A stretch of 64,000 nucleotides of DNA from Azolla caroliniana (Eukaryota; Plantae; Polypodiophyta): NCBI GenBank assembly GCA_043228905.1, contig JBHGNT010000002.1:24428001-24492000 (forward strand). The letters run 5' to 3'. Below, piece by piece: positions 1 through 12,333 of the stretch; within the stretch, counting starts at the first letter, position 1; every line of letters starts with the position of its first letter. The notes under the pieces were generated by a model. The model searched no databases and was not told where the DNA came from. It saw only the letters and a list, made by a program, of their open reading frames with translations. A program made the position numbers and the translations under genes.

Positions 1-917
1 TAAACAAAGTGTTATGCATAAAGTTTATCGATGCAAGAAGAGGAAATCTATTCTTGATATGGATTGTCAATTCAAACGTTGGGAAGCCAAGGATAGACAA
101 CATAATAAGGTGGACAAGCTACAAGCAAGATGGAGGGAGAGATGGTAGTGATGATGTATTATTGCCCTGTTTGAGTCAAATAAAATAGAACACCCTTGTG
201 TATGGAGATCTTGTTGTCACTCATGTTCTGGTTGACGGAACTATGTATGTACATAAGCAGTACAATATTACTTGCATTACAATGTTTGAGCAAAATGTAA
301 GGTTTTCATGGAATAAAATGGACGTGCAAAAGAAATAAAAGCCTTCAATGTAAACAACAGCCTCAAGATTTAGAAAGGTTAAAGACATCATTTATGAAGT
401 ATGTAAGCTTTATATTGGTGTTCAATTCATCTATACATTCTAAGATAAAATGTTGCATGATTGCAGCTCGTTTTAAGCATTGAAATCTTTCTAATGGTTT
501 TCCTTAGTCACTATCATTTTCTAAAGTTTTATCAAATAATGCATTCCATCTTCATTTATTTTTTACAATTTCAGTTCAGAGTGTTCAACTCATTTACGTT
601 AAAAGATAAAGCATTTAATGATTGCAAAGGCAAACTTGAGCTTTCTAATGGTTTCCATAGTCACTGTAATTTGCTAATATTTTACCAAATACTTCATTCC
701 AGATTGATTTAGTCTTACAATTTCATTTCAGTGAGGCCTAGTATTGCTGAGAAGCCTAATCTGACAAGTTTTTTATAATAACCATATTTCCAGATAAAAA
801 ATAGTTCAATAGCATCATGGTACACATGTAATGGCTTGTTTTCTATTTACTCTGTCTGAATGTCGAGTACCAATACTCAATAGTCAAATCTCTTGCTGTC
901 TAACTTCTGTACAATCA

Positions 918-2574
918 TTATGTCCTGAATGAGTGAGTAACATTTATTTGCTGTTTATCATAACGAGACAAGCAACATTGCATTTGTAGCTCCTTCAGCC
1001 TCTCAAGGTCAAACTTCTTTTCCCTCATTAGCTTTTTTTGTTTAGAAGAAAGCAATGTGCACATGAAATCTCGATATGACGGATCTCTATTGGTAATAAC
1101 AAAAAAGAAGAAGCCTACCCAAAGGCTACTCGAGGTAACGAAGAATGTGATAGGCTCCATAACATCCCAGGAAAGGTCCCAGAATGTGAGGCGGAAGAAG
1201 AGAGCTGATTGTGCTGCAAAAGCACCCAAGGATCCCCATAGCATATTTCGCACTTGTTGATGTGCAATTTTGTCTATCTCTGCTTTCTCCTTTTCAAGCC
1301 TTGCAAGCTCCTTTATTCTTGGATCATCATCATGAGCTAAAGGTAAGGGTATAGCCTTAGATAATAATTCAGCAACCTATAAAACACAATATTAACTGAC
1401 ATATTTTAGACAGCAATCCAAGTAAAGAGCAACATTTAAAAGATACAAACTTCAAATTTTAGAGAAAAATCATGAGAAACCGGTGAAAGCTCAAAAATCA
1501 GACAATTTTTTAGTGTGGAATCTAGCAAATTTCCACTAACATTTAATAGCATTTGAAAGAAAACATGCATCGGAAGTGAGCTAAAAGAAAACATATTGAC
1601 ACTTGGTATACTCAGTCCTCTATGGTGTACATGGATTAGAAGTATGGAAAGAACTCCTCATGTTACTTCCCTAGATATCTAGACACACTTGCACTAATGT
1701 GTAATGCCCATGTTAAGAAATTTAATACCCTTAGTTGGAGAGAGGCAATGGCCAAGGGAAATAGGAACTCAATCTCTCATTTTCATAATCCAGCATCTGA
1801 TTGCATGCTTAGACAGAGGTTAAGGAGTCCAACCTCTTGTTTATTATTGAGCAATCATCACTCTTGAACCCATGTCAGATCCACTTTTAACAAGGGATTA
1901 AGCGCACAAATCAAGTTAGATAACAAGAACCATTTGATGACCACATTGCAAGCTAAATGCAAAATCAATCTAGCCAACGATACCCTGTTTGAGGGCCAAG
2001 CTAAATGCAAATTCCATCTATATAAATGGAACCATGTGAGTGCCACTTTACAAATTATGATCATAACTCGATTTAGCTAGCAAAGAAAGAAAACAAACAA
2101 AAGAAGAAGGTATAAGATAAGCTATACCCGTTGAGGATCAAGGAAAACTCTCTTGCGAAAAATAAGTATCACCCCAGCTTCATCAAGCCTCTTGATCACT
2201 TGCTCAGCTTCGGCATCACTGATAGCTGAGCCAATTTGCTTGCAAAGCTTGATTGCATCATCAAGAGAAATACTATCAGCGGTTCTCTTGGATCCAAATA
2301 GATGTTGTTTGAAATCATCCAATTTCATATGTTCCACTAGACCTCGGGTTTCGTTTATAGATAAGGATCCTTTCTTTTCTGAGAGAGGAGGGGATAATGT
2401 GCTAAAGAAGTGGCAACTCCTCCGATACAAGTTATATATGGAATCTATTTTTCCCGAAAGATTATCCGTGGAAACTATTATTCTAATAGATCTAAGCTGT
2501 TCATTATGAGGTCTGGAGTTAGCACCAACAATAGCTCTTTGTATCAGCGCAGATATAGACTTTCTTGATGCCAT
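918..2574 (-). CDS. MCU: Mitochondrial calcium uniporter family protein; coding exons 2574-2128 and 1376-918, probable 5'UTR intron ~2617-2817
   Basis: Spliced product reads ...VILIFRKRVFLDPQR|VAELLSKAIP...DDPRIKELARLEKEKAEID...FFRLTFWDLSWDVMEPITFF. WDVMEP is the MCU selectivity filter between two TM helices. GT at 2127, AG at 1378-1377. Basic, Ser-rich N-terminus resembles a mitochondrial presequence. Confidence 0.93.
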
Positions 2575-3167
2575 TTGGGTTCCCACAAAATGTAAACCTT
2601 AATCTTCAAACAGACCTACAAAATACTGCGCCCATGTGAAATTTGGCCCAAAATCGAAGCCCTAATCTTTTACACAAAACATGAGAAGGAAAATTTTTAA
2701 ACATTGAACAGCTTCCATCGTAAAACAAACAAAGAAATATGGAAACCCAAACTTTTACCCATAAAATCCTTCTTTCTGCTATGGTAAAAACGGAGCATAT
2801 ATATATAACAAGCACACCTTGAGAGAAACAGAGGCAGGGGGGGGGGGGGGTTTGGGCAAGAACCGCAAATTCGAGTGAAGCTTATGCCTCAGAGCTCAGA
2901 ACTCAGAACCCACGAAGCAATGATAAGAAAGAGGGAAGAGGAGAAGCCATGAAGCGATTCTGCTCACTCCATGTGTCTGTGTGTCTCTGTCTCTGTCTCT
3001 GTCTCTATGTCTACTGAAGCAAGCGATGGAGATATTTTTTGGTGGTGGGGTACGGAATCCCACAGTATGTATGTATGCATTGGATTCCTATTTTTCTAAA
3101 CTTAGTTAGTTGTGTAGACAAAAAAAAAAATCAGAATTTATGTTAAGGGAAGAAGCTCCTTCACAAC

Positions 3168-3203
<36 letters not shown>

Positions 3204-3247
3204 AAAATAAGAGCTTCTGTTATAAAATAAGATTCACAAGGAAGATA

Positions 3248-3290
<43 letters not shown>

Positions 3291-3337
3291 TTGCCATAGC
3301 TAACAACTTCTCCCTCACATGTATCTTGGGCGTTGGA

Positions 3338-3803
3338 TAACAATCAGCAACAGTTCAGTTTAAACGAACCGCGAAACCGCAGCTTAACGGTTTAAACGGT
3401 TCGGTTCAGGTTCAGGTTTTTTTTAACGGTTCGGTTTGGTTTCAAACAGTCAATCAGAAACCCGCGGTTTAAATGGTTTAACGTTTTCTTTTTTTTATCA
3501 ACAAAATTTTAAATTTTGTTTTTAAAAAATCTTTTCATTTTTAGACCTTATTCTCACATTTTAGGAACATCTTTAAAATTTTAAAAAATTGAAATAATGA
3601 AATATTTTAAATTTAAAAAATTTAAAATTTGACCTAAGTTGAAAACCGAAACCGAATCACGAAACCACAGTTTTAATGGTTTAACAATTTCAAAAAAATA
3701 ATTAATGGTTTCATGGTTCGATTCAGTTCGGTTCAGGTTTCAAAATTTTTAAACGGTTCAGTTTTGACCCTCTCAAACCGAACCGAACCATTGCCAATTG
3801 TTA
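3338..3803. mobile_element. Non-autonomous hAT-type MITE, copy 1, upstream of MCU
   Basis: TIR TAACAATCAGCAA...TTGCCAATTGTTA; perfect 8-bp TSD GCGTTGGA (3330-3337 and 3804-3811); many subterminal AAACCG/CGGTTT motifs. Confidence 0.9.
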
Positions 3804-4797
3804 GCGTTGGAGAAAAAGGGGGCAACTTTTTTGGCTTGCTATCGATCAACAAAAAGAGATCAGTCGACCGTCTGTAGCCTTAGTGAACCAGAAACGCAAG
3901 TGTGTGTCTCCTTTTTTCGAATGCCCTACATATGAGAACCCCTTAGCGCGATTGTGTTTCTTTTTCCTTTTTTGTGATGCATACATTACCATTAGAAAAC
4001 CTCGATAGTTGAAATAAAGAGATTCATTTCACTTTGTAGACAATCATAAAGAGATATTCCTGAAGAGGACTTGAAGAAATTGAAGTCGGCAATCCCGTAG
4101 GGTTGATTGAAAGTACAAGTGGTTGAGAGAGACAAGGCAAAACATCGACCATGGTTGGACTAGCATAACCGTGATCAAAGTCACGTTTTGCACATGACTA
4201 CTAGTATACTACTTGTACCACTAATCGAAGGATATAACTTCAATGGTTATCATGTCAAGCTCAACAAGAATGGAATGTAAGCAACTTTGGTTATGAATGG
4301 TGGCAGATCTTACAATGTATTTGAAGATTTGGGTCTACCTTTGAGATTTACTCTAAAGAGGTGTGGTCTAGCGATAGGCAATTGCTTTTTGCATAGTTCA
4401 TACTATGTCCAGTTCCTCATCAAATTTGGATTACATTCTCAAATTTGGCAAGTTGTCACATACTTATCAAAATCCAAGACAATGAATATTTGCACAATTT
4501 CTATGGCCCAAATTAAATCTGGAGATGGAAGTAATTTTTCTTTGTTTGAGATATTAGGATATATATAAGTTTTCATATTTGATGGTAAACATGGAGTTAA
4601 AAAGCATAATCTACAAAATCTTAAGGGAATGTTTATCTTCCAATTTGTTTACTATAGCAAGTCAAAATTCTCCTCAACAAAGTGTTCTTCTACCATTTGT
4701 TCTTCACATTGTCTCATACCTATGTAGTCGTGACGCAAAATAGTTGTAATATTGTAGCGTTTTGAACATGCAAGTAACATCATGTATGTTTTCATTT

Positions 4798-4828
<31 letters not shown>

Positions 4829-4927
4829 GGTATGCATATTAGTATGCTTGTGAAAATTTTCTAATGTAGATATACGTATATACTATAGGTAAGTAATTGC
4901 ACAAGCAAAACATTCATCTCACAAAGT

Positions 4928-5049
4928 ATACATCATCCTTATGTATAACACACATGGATGATAAGGTGTTATTGTACCCCTATTCATATGGATGATAAGG
5001 TGTTATACATCATCCTTATGTATAACACACATGGATGATAAGGTGTTAT
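4928..5049. repeat. Short local tandem duplication (~45-bp core)
   Basis: ATACATCATCCTTATGTATAACACACATGGATGATAAGGTGTTAT occurs twice, with a partial copy between. Confidence 0.75.
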
Positions 5050-5591
5050 TTGACCTAACAATATATGAAAATTTGTGAACCAATATTCATACCTAGTAAC
5101 GTTAAGCACGGGAACACACGACATTCATTCTCACATATCTTGGGAGAGCATGTGTACGAAAGTTCATGCATTAACATTCATACCTAGCAATGTGACGTAA
5201 AACAACTTAATTCAATTTCCCTCATGTTTTCTAAGAGTAATGAGGAACTAAGTCTAGCACTACGTCAAAAGTCGTAACACATACGTACAATTTTGTGTGG
5301 AATAAAAAAAGTTTATGGCACACATGAAGGCAATTCACGAAACTTCCAATGATTGTAAATCACTCAACCATTTTGCATGATTCAAGCATACTTCATTAAG
5401 CTTTTGAACAACTTCTACATATTTTTCTAGTTAGAAAAAAATGAAAAAGAACCTACCTTGATTTGATTGTCAGAGTGAAAATATGATATTCTCATAAACT
5501 TGAACCTTGCATGTTGTGATCATAGGAGTTTTTATCATGTTGATCACAAAATGTTAATGGCTGATATTATAAAAGTTAGACAATAATATGC

Positions 5592-6040
5592 ATAATGCAT
5601 GTGTGCCAAGCCATAACTATTAGACAAATGCATGATTTATCATAACTATATTTTTCTTTTGGAACTCTTTTAAGTTTGATATGCCAAATGTTAAATACAT
5701 AATGGCTTCCTAAAAGCAAATCCATATGTAAAACACATCAAAGTTGGTGCAAATTCTTACACCTTGCAATATATGATGGATTATGCATTATAAGAGGTTA
5801 TCGTAAATGCATTAACATTTTAATGCATGTGTGGCCAAGCCATAACTATTAGACAAATGTGTGGTTTACCATAACTAGACTTTTCTTTTGGAACTCTTTT
5901 AAGTTTGATATACACTATGGTAACTAGAAAATTGCTTCCTAAAACCAAATCCATACATAAAACACATCAAAGTTGGTGCAAATTCTTTCATCTTGTATTG
6001 ATGGATTGTTACATTATGTATCATAAGAGGTTTTCGTCAA
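5592..6040. repeat. Degenerate tandem duplication, ~230-bp unit
   Basis: TAATGCATGTGTG..CCAAGCCATAACTATTAGACAAATG...AAAACACATCAAAGTTGGTGCAAATTCTT present at ~5592 and ~5821. Confidence 0.75.
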
Positions 6041-7101
6041 TGACATGAATAGATTGTTAAGAAGCAATCATTTACAAAGAATAACGTAGGTTGTTTACAA
6101 TGCAAGGGTTTTTTCTTGCAAGCATACTTTTCAATGGTTGGTGCACCTTTGACACAATTGTTTCAACACTCTAAGCAAAATTTACGGACTTCCTCTCTAT
6201 ATCGTCTAAAACTTAATAGCTTACAGCAGAGATTCTAATGTTGAAAAGATTCAACATTCAACATTAGTAGCATGTCTCACATTATCTTTAATCAACTGAA
6301 AAACAAACAAAAATCATGAAGAATCTCTTATTTATGTTCATTTTCACTAGGGCAACTAACCTGCTTTTACAGCCTACTTTTACATCTTACAGCCATTTCC
6401 ACTAGCAAGGTTTCTAACTTTCCCAGTATGGTCTTGAAACCTAACAAAAGTCATTATAGGATATAGTACAAGACAACAAATACCTCAAAAAAAAATAGTA
6501 CGCCACAAGTAGAACAATTCCTTTAGCACAAAACAAATTTACTTATATATCTGTTTCATGAGTTCATATAGTCATAACACAACAAAGTAGAGTTAAAATA
6601 TATGGTTGAATGATCAAAAGTAATAGCAAACAATATTCCAATGGTGCTAAAGAGTTTGCCAAACTTCCCACCAACATAACAAAACATGTTGCTGAAATAA
6701 TAAGTTAAATAGGTAAATGTCATCAGAGGCACTATTTTCGAACCATCATTTATTTTTTTGCCCTATTCAACGGTGAAAATAAACCAACTTTTCCAAATTA
6801 CAATAGTGTCAACAACACTCCCCATCGCGAGACTCTTGGTTGGATTGGGGGGGTACCCTTCCTAGCCCGTATGTGAAATTTTGTCAGACCAATCTTAATG
6901 TTTATGTTAGTGTAGTGTGACAAAATATTCAATTAAATATCATTCTGTGTTATCTGATATCATCATTGTTATGGTTTCTTCTGTAAAAAGGTTGCAAATG
7001 AAAAGAGTAATTTGTCAAACTGACAAATTCTTACTCATTTACAAGCTTCTTTCATTCCTAGCTACAGATTCAAAAAATTCAAAAGCTATCTTTTTTACAA
7101 A

Positions 7102-10100
7102 CTATAGTACCACTGATTGACAAATGTGTGAAGTGACATCTAACTTCAATGACTTCCATATGTTAGATCTTTCTACCTTTGCTTTCATCAATGAGAAGAA
7201 GCGAGATATCCATTCTTCATGCTCCCCATGTAAATTCAATTCACCTGGCACAGTAAAACTGCAAAAAGAAGCAAAAATAAGACATGCATACTTTTTTTGA
7301 CAACATGAGTGAAATATCAAATCAACGATGCAGTGTACTACCCTATATATGTCAAAAAAGACTCAGTTTTAAGTTTACTATTAATAGCCCTATAATCCAT
7401 GGATTGGGAGTTCAAATCCGTTAGATTATTAAAAAAATAGTATTGAAAACGATCACATTTTTAGTTTAGACTAGTTTACCCTGGAGTCAAATTCCACTTT
7501 TGCCTTGGGGCCTTATAAAGAGAATGACATTTTCTATGAATAATGTAATGATGAAAAAAATTGATTAAAAATGAAACCATTTTTAAGTTTGTTACAGAGT
7601 ATGCCTGATATATGAGCAATACAATCAACTCAATGATATGCAATGAATATAAAAAACACACCAAATTTATGCCACGAAAACCTGTGAGCGTGTACAAAAG
7701 TGATGTAGAACCATGACGATTCTGAACCAGGAGAAGTGTCTCATCAAACGTCAATTCCAACCCCAAGTTATCCCATAGAAGTGTGGATCATTGCTAGGGT
7801 AGGCTTAGGTGATTTTTCACAAGACAATTAATTTATTTTTGAAATCATTTTTTGATGCTCGAGATGATTCATCAAGATAGGTGCTAGAGACAAATCCCCA
7901 TTGGTTACTAGAGATGAGTGTCCTTACGACAACAAAAAAGGGGCACCGTTATTACCAAATTTGAATAAATGATCACTTATGGCCCAAGTATGTCTTGAAC
8001 CTGTGACCTTTATATTACTAGCCAGATACTCCCAACCAAAATTCCCTAACCTTTATGGGCTAGAGTCGAATCATCATTGGTTACTAGAGATGATTAGTCC
8101 TTAGGACTACAAAAAATGAGCACTGTCATTACCAAATTTTCATAAATGATAATTTTTGACCCATCTATGTCTTGAACCTGTGAACTTTTATGTTATTAAC
8201 CGGATACTTTTAACAAAAGTCCCTAACCTTTATGTTCATTGCCCGATAAGCCATAGGTCAAGAGTTCAAAGTTCAGTGTCATCCTCAATTGAAGGTGAAT
8301 GGAACAATAAACAAAAGACAAGAAAAGGCAGTCAATTCTTAAGTTTGTTAGAGAACATACCTCATGATGTCATTTGTAGCAATATCATGCATTTTTTCTT
8401 GTTGCCCTTGTACTGATGGGAATGCCAAAATCTCCCTACCTTGTTACAACACAATTCAAATCAAATCGAGGCAATTTATTACAAATAAAAATAAAACTGC
8501 CCTATCAAACTCTTCCTGTACTACGAACAAACCTTTGTAGCAAGAGCGTGTACCGATGTAGTGAGGTTGAAGACAAAGTCTGCATGGCTTTAGATATATT
8601 TTCTTTCTTGAACAAATAAACAACAGGATAACCCAAAAGCCACCTGCAACAAAATACAATGTAAGAAGAATGTTAAGCTACTTTCACAAATAAAAACCGT
8701 TTACTCTTGTATATAAATTCTAACAAGATGAACTCTCGGCAATATATGCCGAATATGGTTTTACTCTATTTCTTTGTGCAAAAAAGTGAGGAAAAACCAT
8801 AGGATAAACATAAATAGATGAAAAAAGAAAAGAAAATCGGTTTCTGTACCCGTTTAATGTAGGCAAAGCAAGCTCAGAACATGACAAAATGTCGCCCAAA
8901 CCAAGAAGGCGAACTGTTAAAGATGAGGTGTGAGTTTTGTTCTTCTCGCTTTCAAAAAATTGATTCATAGTGAAAATTGATTCAATATCGGCAACACCAT
9001 TTTGGGTATCGCACTCCATATATAAAGAGTAAAAACCTTTAGAATGCATGTGTGAACGTAAATGTTCGCAGAAGTATGCAAGATGCTTTGATGCCTCTTG
9101 CTTTTCTATATTTATTGCAAACTGCAGTTACAGACTCTGGTCAATAACAAGAAGCTGAAAATATATGACATATATCAAAGAGCTTAAAATTATACCTACC
9201 CTGGGAAGGATATCATCAAGGATGATAAAGTCCGGGTTTACTATCTCTTTCAAAGTTGCATCCATGTATCTCATTAGGTTATTGGGATGAATAATGTATA
9301 CGATATCCTCAATGCACATAACTCCCAAGTGAAATATAAGTTTGAAGTCCTGTTACGAATACTGCACATATGAAATTTTTGTTTCTCCTTAAATAATTTT
9401 GGGTATTCTACAAGGTAAGTTATTCCTGGAAAAACTCGGAGGAAATATTGATGAACTACTCAAAAGAAATTTTTCTGCAGGACACATCTTCTGGAAAGAT
9501 TTTTTTTCTTTTAACCTGTGCAAGAAGATTCAAGAGTATGAGAAGTGGATTTTGTAGTCCTGATGCATCCCATGCATAATCTACCATAACAACGTTGCGC
9601 AAACCTGTGCACAAGACAGCTATATCTGCAAAAATAGACGTACAACTTATTGCAATTTGTTTTCTCAAAATACAAACAATTCTTCTACTTCTAATCGTAT
9701 GCCTTCCAAAGGAAGTCATTGAACCGGTAAGTCTTTGGTTGGATTGTCACTAAATTCTCATCATGTGCACCATAACAGAGCATCAATATGGAATTTATGA
9801 TTAACAATCGGCAACAGTTCGGTTTGGTTCAGGTTTAGGTTTTTTAAAACGGTTTGGTTCGGTTTTACCAGTCAGAAACCGCAGTTTAAACGGTTTAACA
9901 AATTTTTTTTATTTTTTTTATTTTTTTATTTTTAAAAAATTTAAATTTGTTTTTAAACAATATTTTCATTTTTAGACCTTATTCTCACATTTTAGGAACA
10001 TCTTAAAATTTTGAAAATAATGAAACATTATAAATTTTTAAAAATTAAAATTTTGACCTATATTGAAAACCGAAACCGAACCAGGAAATCACGGTTTTTA

Positions 10101-10987
10101 CGGTTTAATGGTTTAACGGTTTGAACATTGTTTAACGGTTCGGTTTGGACCCTCTCAAACCGAACTGAACCGAACCAAACCATTGCCGATTGTTATTCAT
10201 GATGTGCAAAAGGTAATGAAATGCGTATCAAAGCACCAAAAAATTCTAAAAACACTTCTCAAATGTAAGGCAAACTCAACACAAGGACATCAACGTTGAT
10301 TCAATATGTGGAAATTTAAATGCATAAATTTCATTTGGAATAATTCATTCATTCATTCTGGAAATTTTAATAAATTCATATGGATTTTTGAATGAATCTA
10401 TTTTTAAAATTACTGATTCTATTTGGAATATATCATATGGCACCCAAAAGATAGCCTCCTATAATCTACTCAATTCCCTCTTCTTAAAATTAAAGCGCCA
10501 ATCCTTTATTTAGAGATTCTAATGAATATTCAGTGATTTTTAATGAGCTTATTTAAGGGTTTTAATGAATTTATTTTGAGATTGTAATGGATTTACTTTG
10601 GGATTTTAATGAATTTATTTAGAGACCTTAATGAGTTTATTTGGAAATTAATGTAGAATAATAAAAATCATCCTATAGAAACATGGGGTGTTAACCCTTT
10701 CTCTGCACAGAGATGAATATATATGTTGATACCCTATGACAATGGTGAAGGATAAAACTATGTGTTTTAAAAATAAGAAGAAAAAACAAAAAACTTCAAA
10801 TTTTTAAGAGGGATGGGATGTTGGGATGATTTTGACACATACCCAACAGAAGTCGTTTCTTAGCAGATGCTTTGAGACGCCATGGAACACGAAGGAGGTA
10901 ACTCTGCAGAAGCTTCTGATCCAGTTTCTTTAAGCTCTCTTCATCCTCAGCACGCATTTTGTTTCTGCAATGATGAATCCTTTCCAT
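7102..10987 (-). CDS. DUF4504 / C1orf74 (UPF0739)-like protein; exons ~10987-10843, 9625-9516, 9349-9200, ~9121-8851, ~8643-8533, ~8435-8361, 7258-7102
   Basis: Canonical splice sites join in frame: KKRLLL|DIAVLCTGLRNVVMVDY...GVMCIEDIVYIIH...ALPTLNG|WLLGYPVVYLF...DIMS|FTVPGEL. PTLxGxLLGYPVxY and SFxVP match my recollection of DUF4504 motifs. Confidence 0.8.
7899..8234 (-). repeat. Two tandem ~160-bp units (7899-8057, 8075-8234), each with a decayed tRNA-like (tRNA-Ile-like) SINE head; inside the last intron of the DUF4504 gene
   Basis: Minus strand reads TGGTTGGGAGTATCTGGCTAGTAATATAAAGGTCACAGGTTCAAGACATACTTGGGCCA and ...GGTTAATAACATAAAAGTTCACAGGTTCAAGACATAGATGGGTCA; B-box-like GGTTCAAGAC. 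Confidence 0.6.
9802..10195. mobile_element. Non-autonomous hAT-type MITE, copy 2, in intron 1 of the DUF4504 gene
   Basis: Perfect TIR TAACAATCGGCAA/TTGCCGATTGTTA; 8-bp TSD TTTATGAT / TTCATGAT (1 mismatch); internal sequence homologous to 3338-3803. Confidence 0.9.
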
Positions 10988-11025
10988 CCTCTAATAAAAC
11001 TATAAATCTAGCCCTTTTCTCTATC

Positions 11026-11195
11026 CCCATTCACTCGATCGACCACTACAAGTTATGAGTTCTGAGTTCTAACCCATTCGCCCGATCGTTAGATTCTCTA
11101 CTAAAAGTTCTAACCCATTCACTCGATCGCTAGATTCGCTACTACATTTTCTAACCCATTCGCTCAATCGCTCGATTTGCTACTATAAGTTATGC
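11026..11195. repeat. ~41-bp minisatellite, 4 units, just upstream of the DUF4504 ATG
   Basis: CCCATTC(A/G)C(T/C)CGATCG..AGATT..CTAC....TTCTAA units at ~11027, 11072, 11113, 11154. Confidence 0.8.
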
Positions 11196-11878
11196 TCGTG
11201 ATCATGAATCAATGTGATTTGTTTCATACCTCCGCACAAACGTGATTTAGGGATTGCCTCATTAAACCTCTCGCTAGGGTTTTGGATAGCAAGCCCCCTC
11301 ATTCGTTGATATCTAGAAGTTGTAGTTTGAAAGTATCTATAAATCAATCAAAATCTAGCAAAGATATGCATACATTTCAGGTCTTTTATAGACTGTGCTA
11401 GATATCTCAAGGCATAGGCAAAGTTGCTCGAAGGGCTATTCGTGAACATAATTGACCTCATTGTATGACCAGGTAATGTCATGTGCCTTGTAGTGGGAGT
11501 GTGGTACATTGAAAAGATGGCATGTATTTTGACAGTGTTGATCTTCAAACTATTTTGGAACATATTGGCATTGCTCTATGACTTGGAAATGTCACGTGCC
11601 TTATAAGTGTTACCTTGACAAGGTGATACGAATTTTGATGGTATCAAAGTCGGGATAAGACACTAGAGAGTCGAGATGATGTCAATAATGTCCTCAAGGG
11701 GGGGGGTAATGGTAATTGTCAAGTTGATGTCCTCCTCAATTTTGGATGACGTAATGGTAGAGATAAAAAAGGGACATTAACATGGTTGTAGTAGATCAAT
11801 TCATCAACTATAGGCTAAGGCATATCGAGGTTAAATCCCATGTAAGGTGACAAGCCATGTATTGTGCTTCACTTATCA

Positions 11879-12333
11879 TATTATAGATCTAGGTACTAAA
11901 GTAAGCTTAACATAAGGATAAAGAAAAGAAAGATAGAAAGCAGAAAGAGAAAGAAGGGTGCCGATCCACCCGACCACCCCCGAGCGAAGGGATCGAGACG
12001 GACTCGAGCCTCGATCGGCATCCCATACCACTGCCGTGGCGTCGAGTCGTACCTGGTGCTGGCGCGCTCGCTACGAGAGTTGACCCACCACACGAGCAGA
12101 GTCTCGATGTAGTCAAAAGATGATCAAATGAGGGTAGCTAGGCCTCTTATTTATAGCGATACCCAAGGCCCCCAGGCAAGTTCACACTTGACCTAATGGG
12201 TTGTCTCAATCCCGAGGATTAAAAGTAATCCTCCCCTTCTTTACACTCTCGTTTAACCCTCACACTTATCCACGTGTATAGAATACTACGGTAAATTCTT
12301 ACCACGGGATATTATATGGTCATGCCCGTAACA
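11879..12333 (-). repeat. 3' LTR (455 bp)
   Basis: Begins TGTTACGGGCATG on the minus strand; ~12 substitutions versus the 5' LTR by manual count; TATAAATA at 12155-12148. Confidence 0.95.

Noticed and set aside
11896-12116. Short ORFs duplicated at 17516-17743
   Set aside because: Incidental frames in the GC-rich part of the LTRs.
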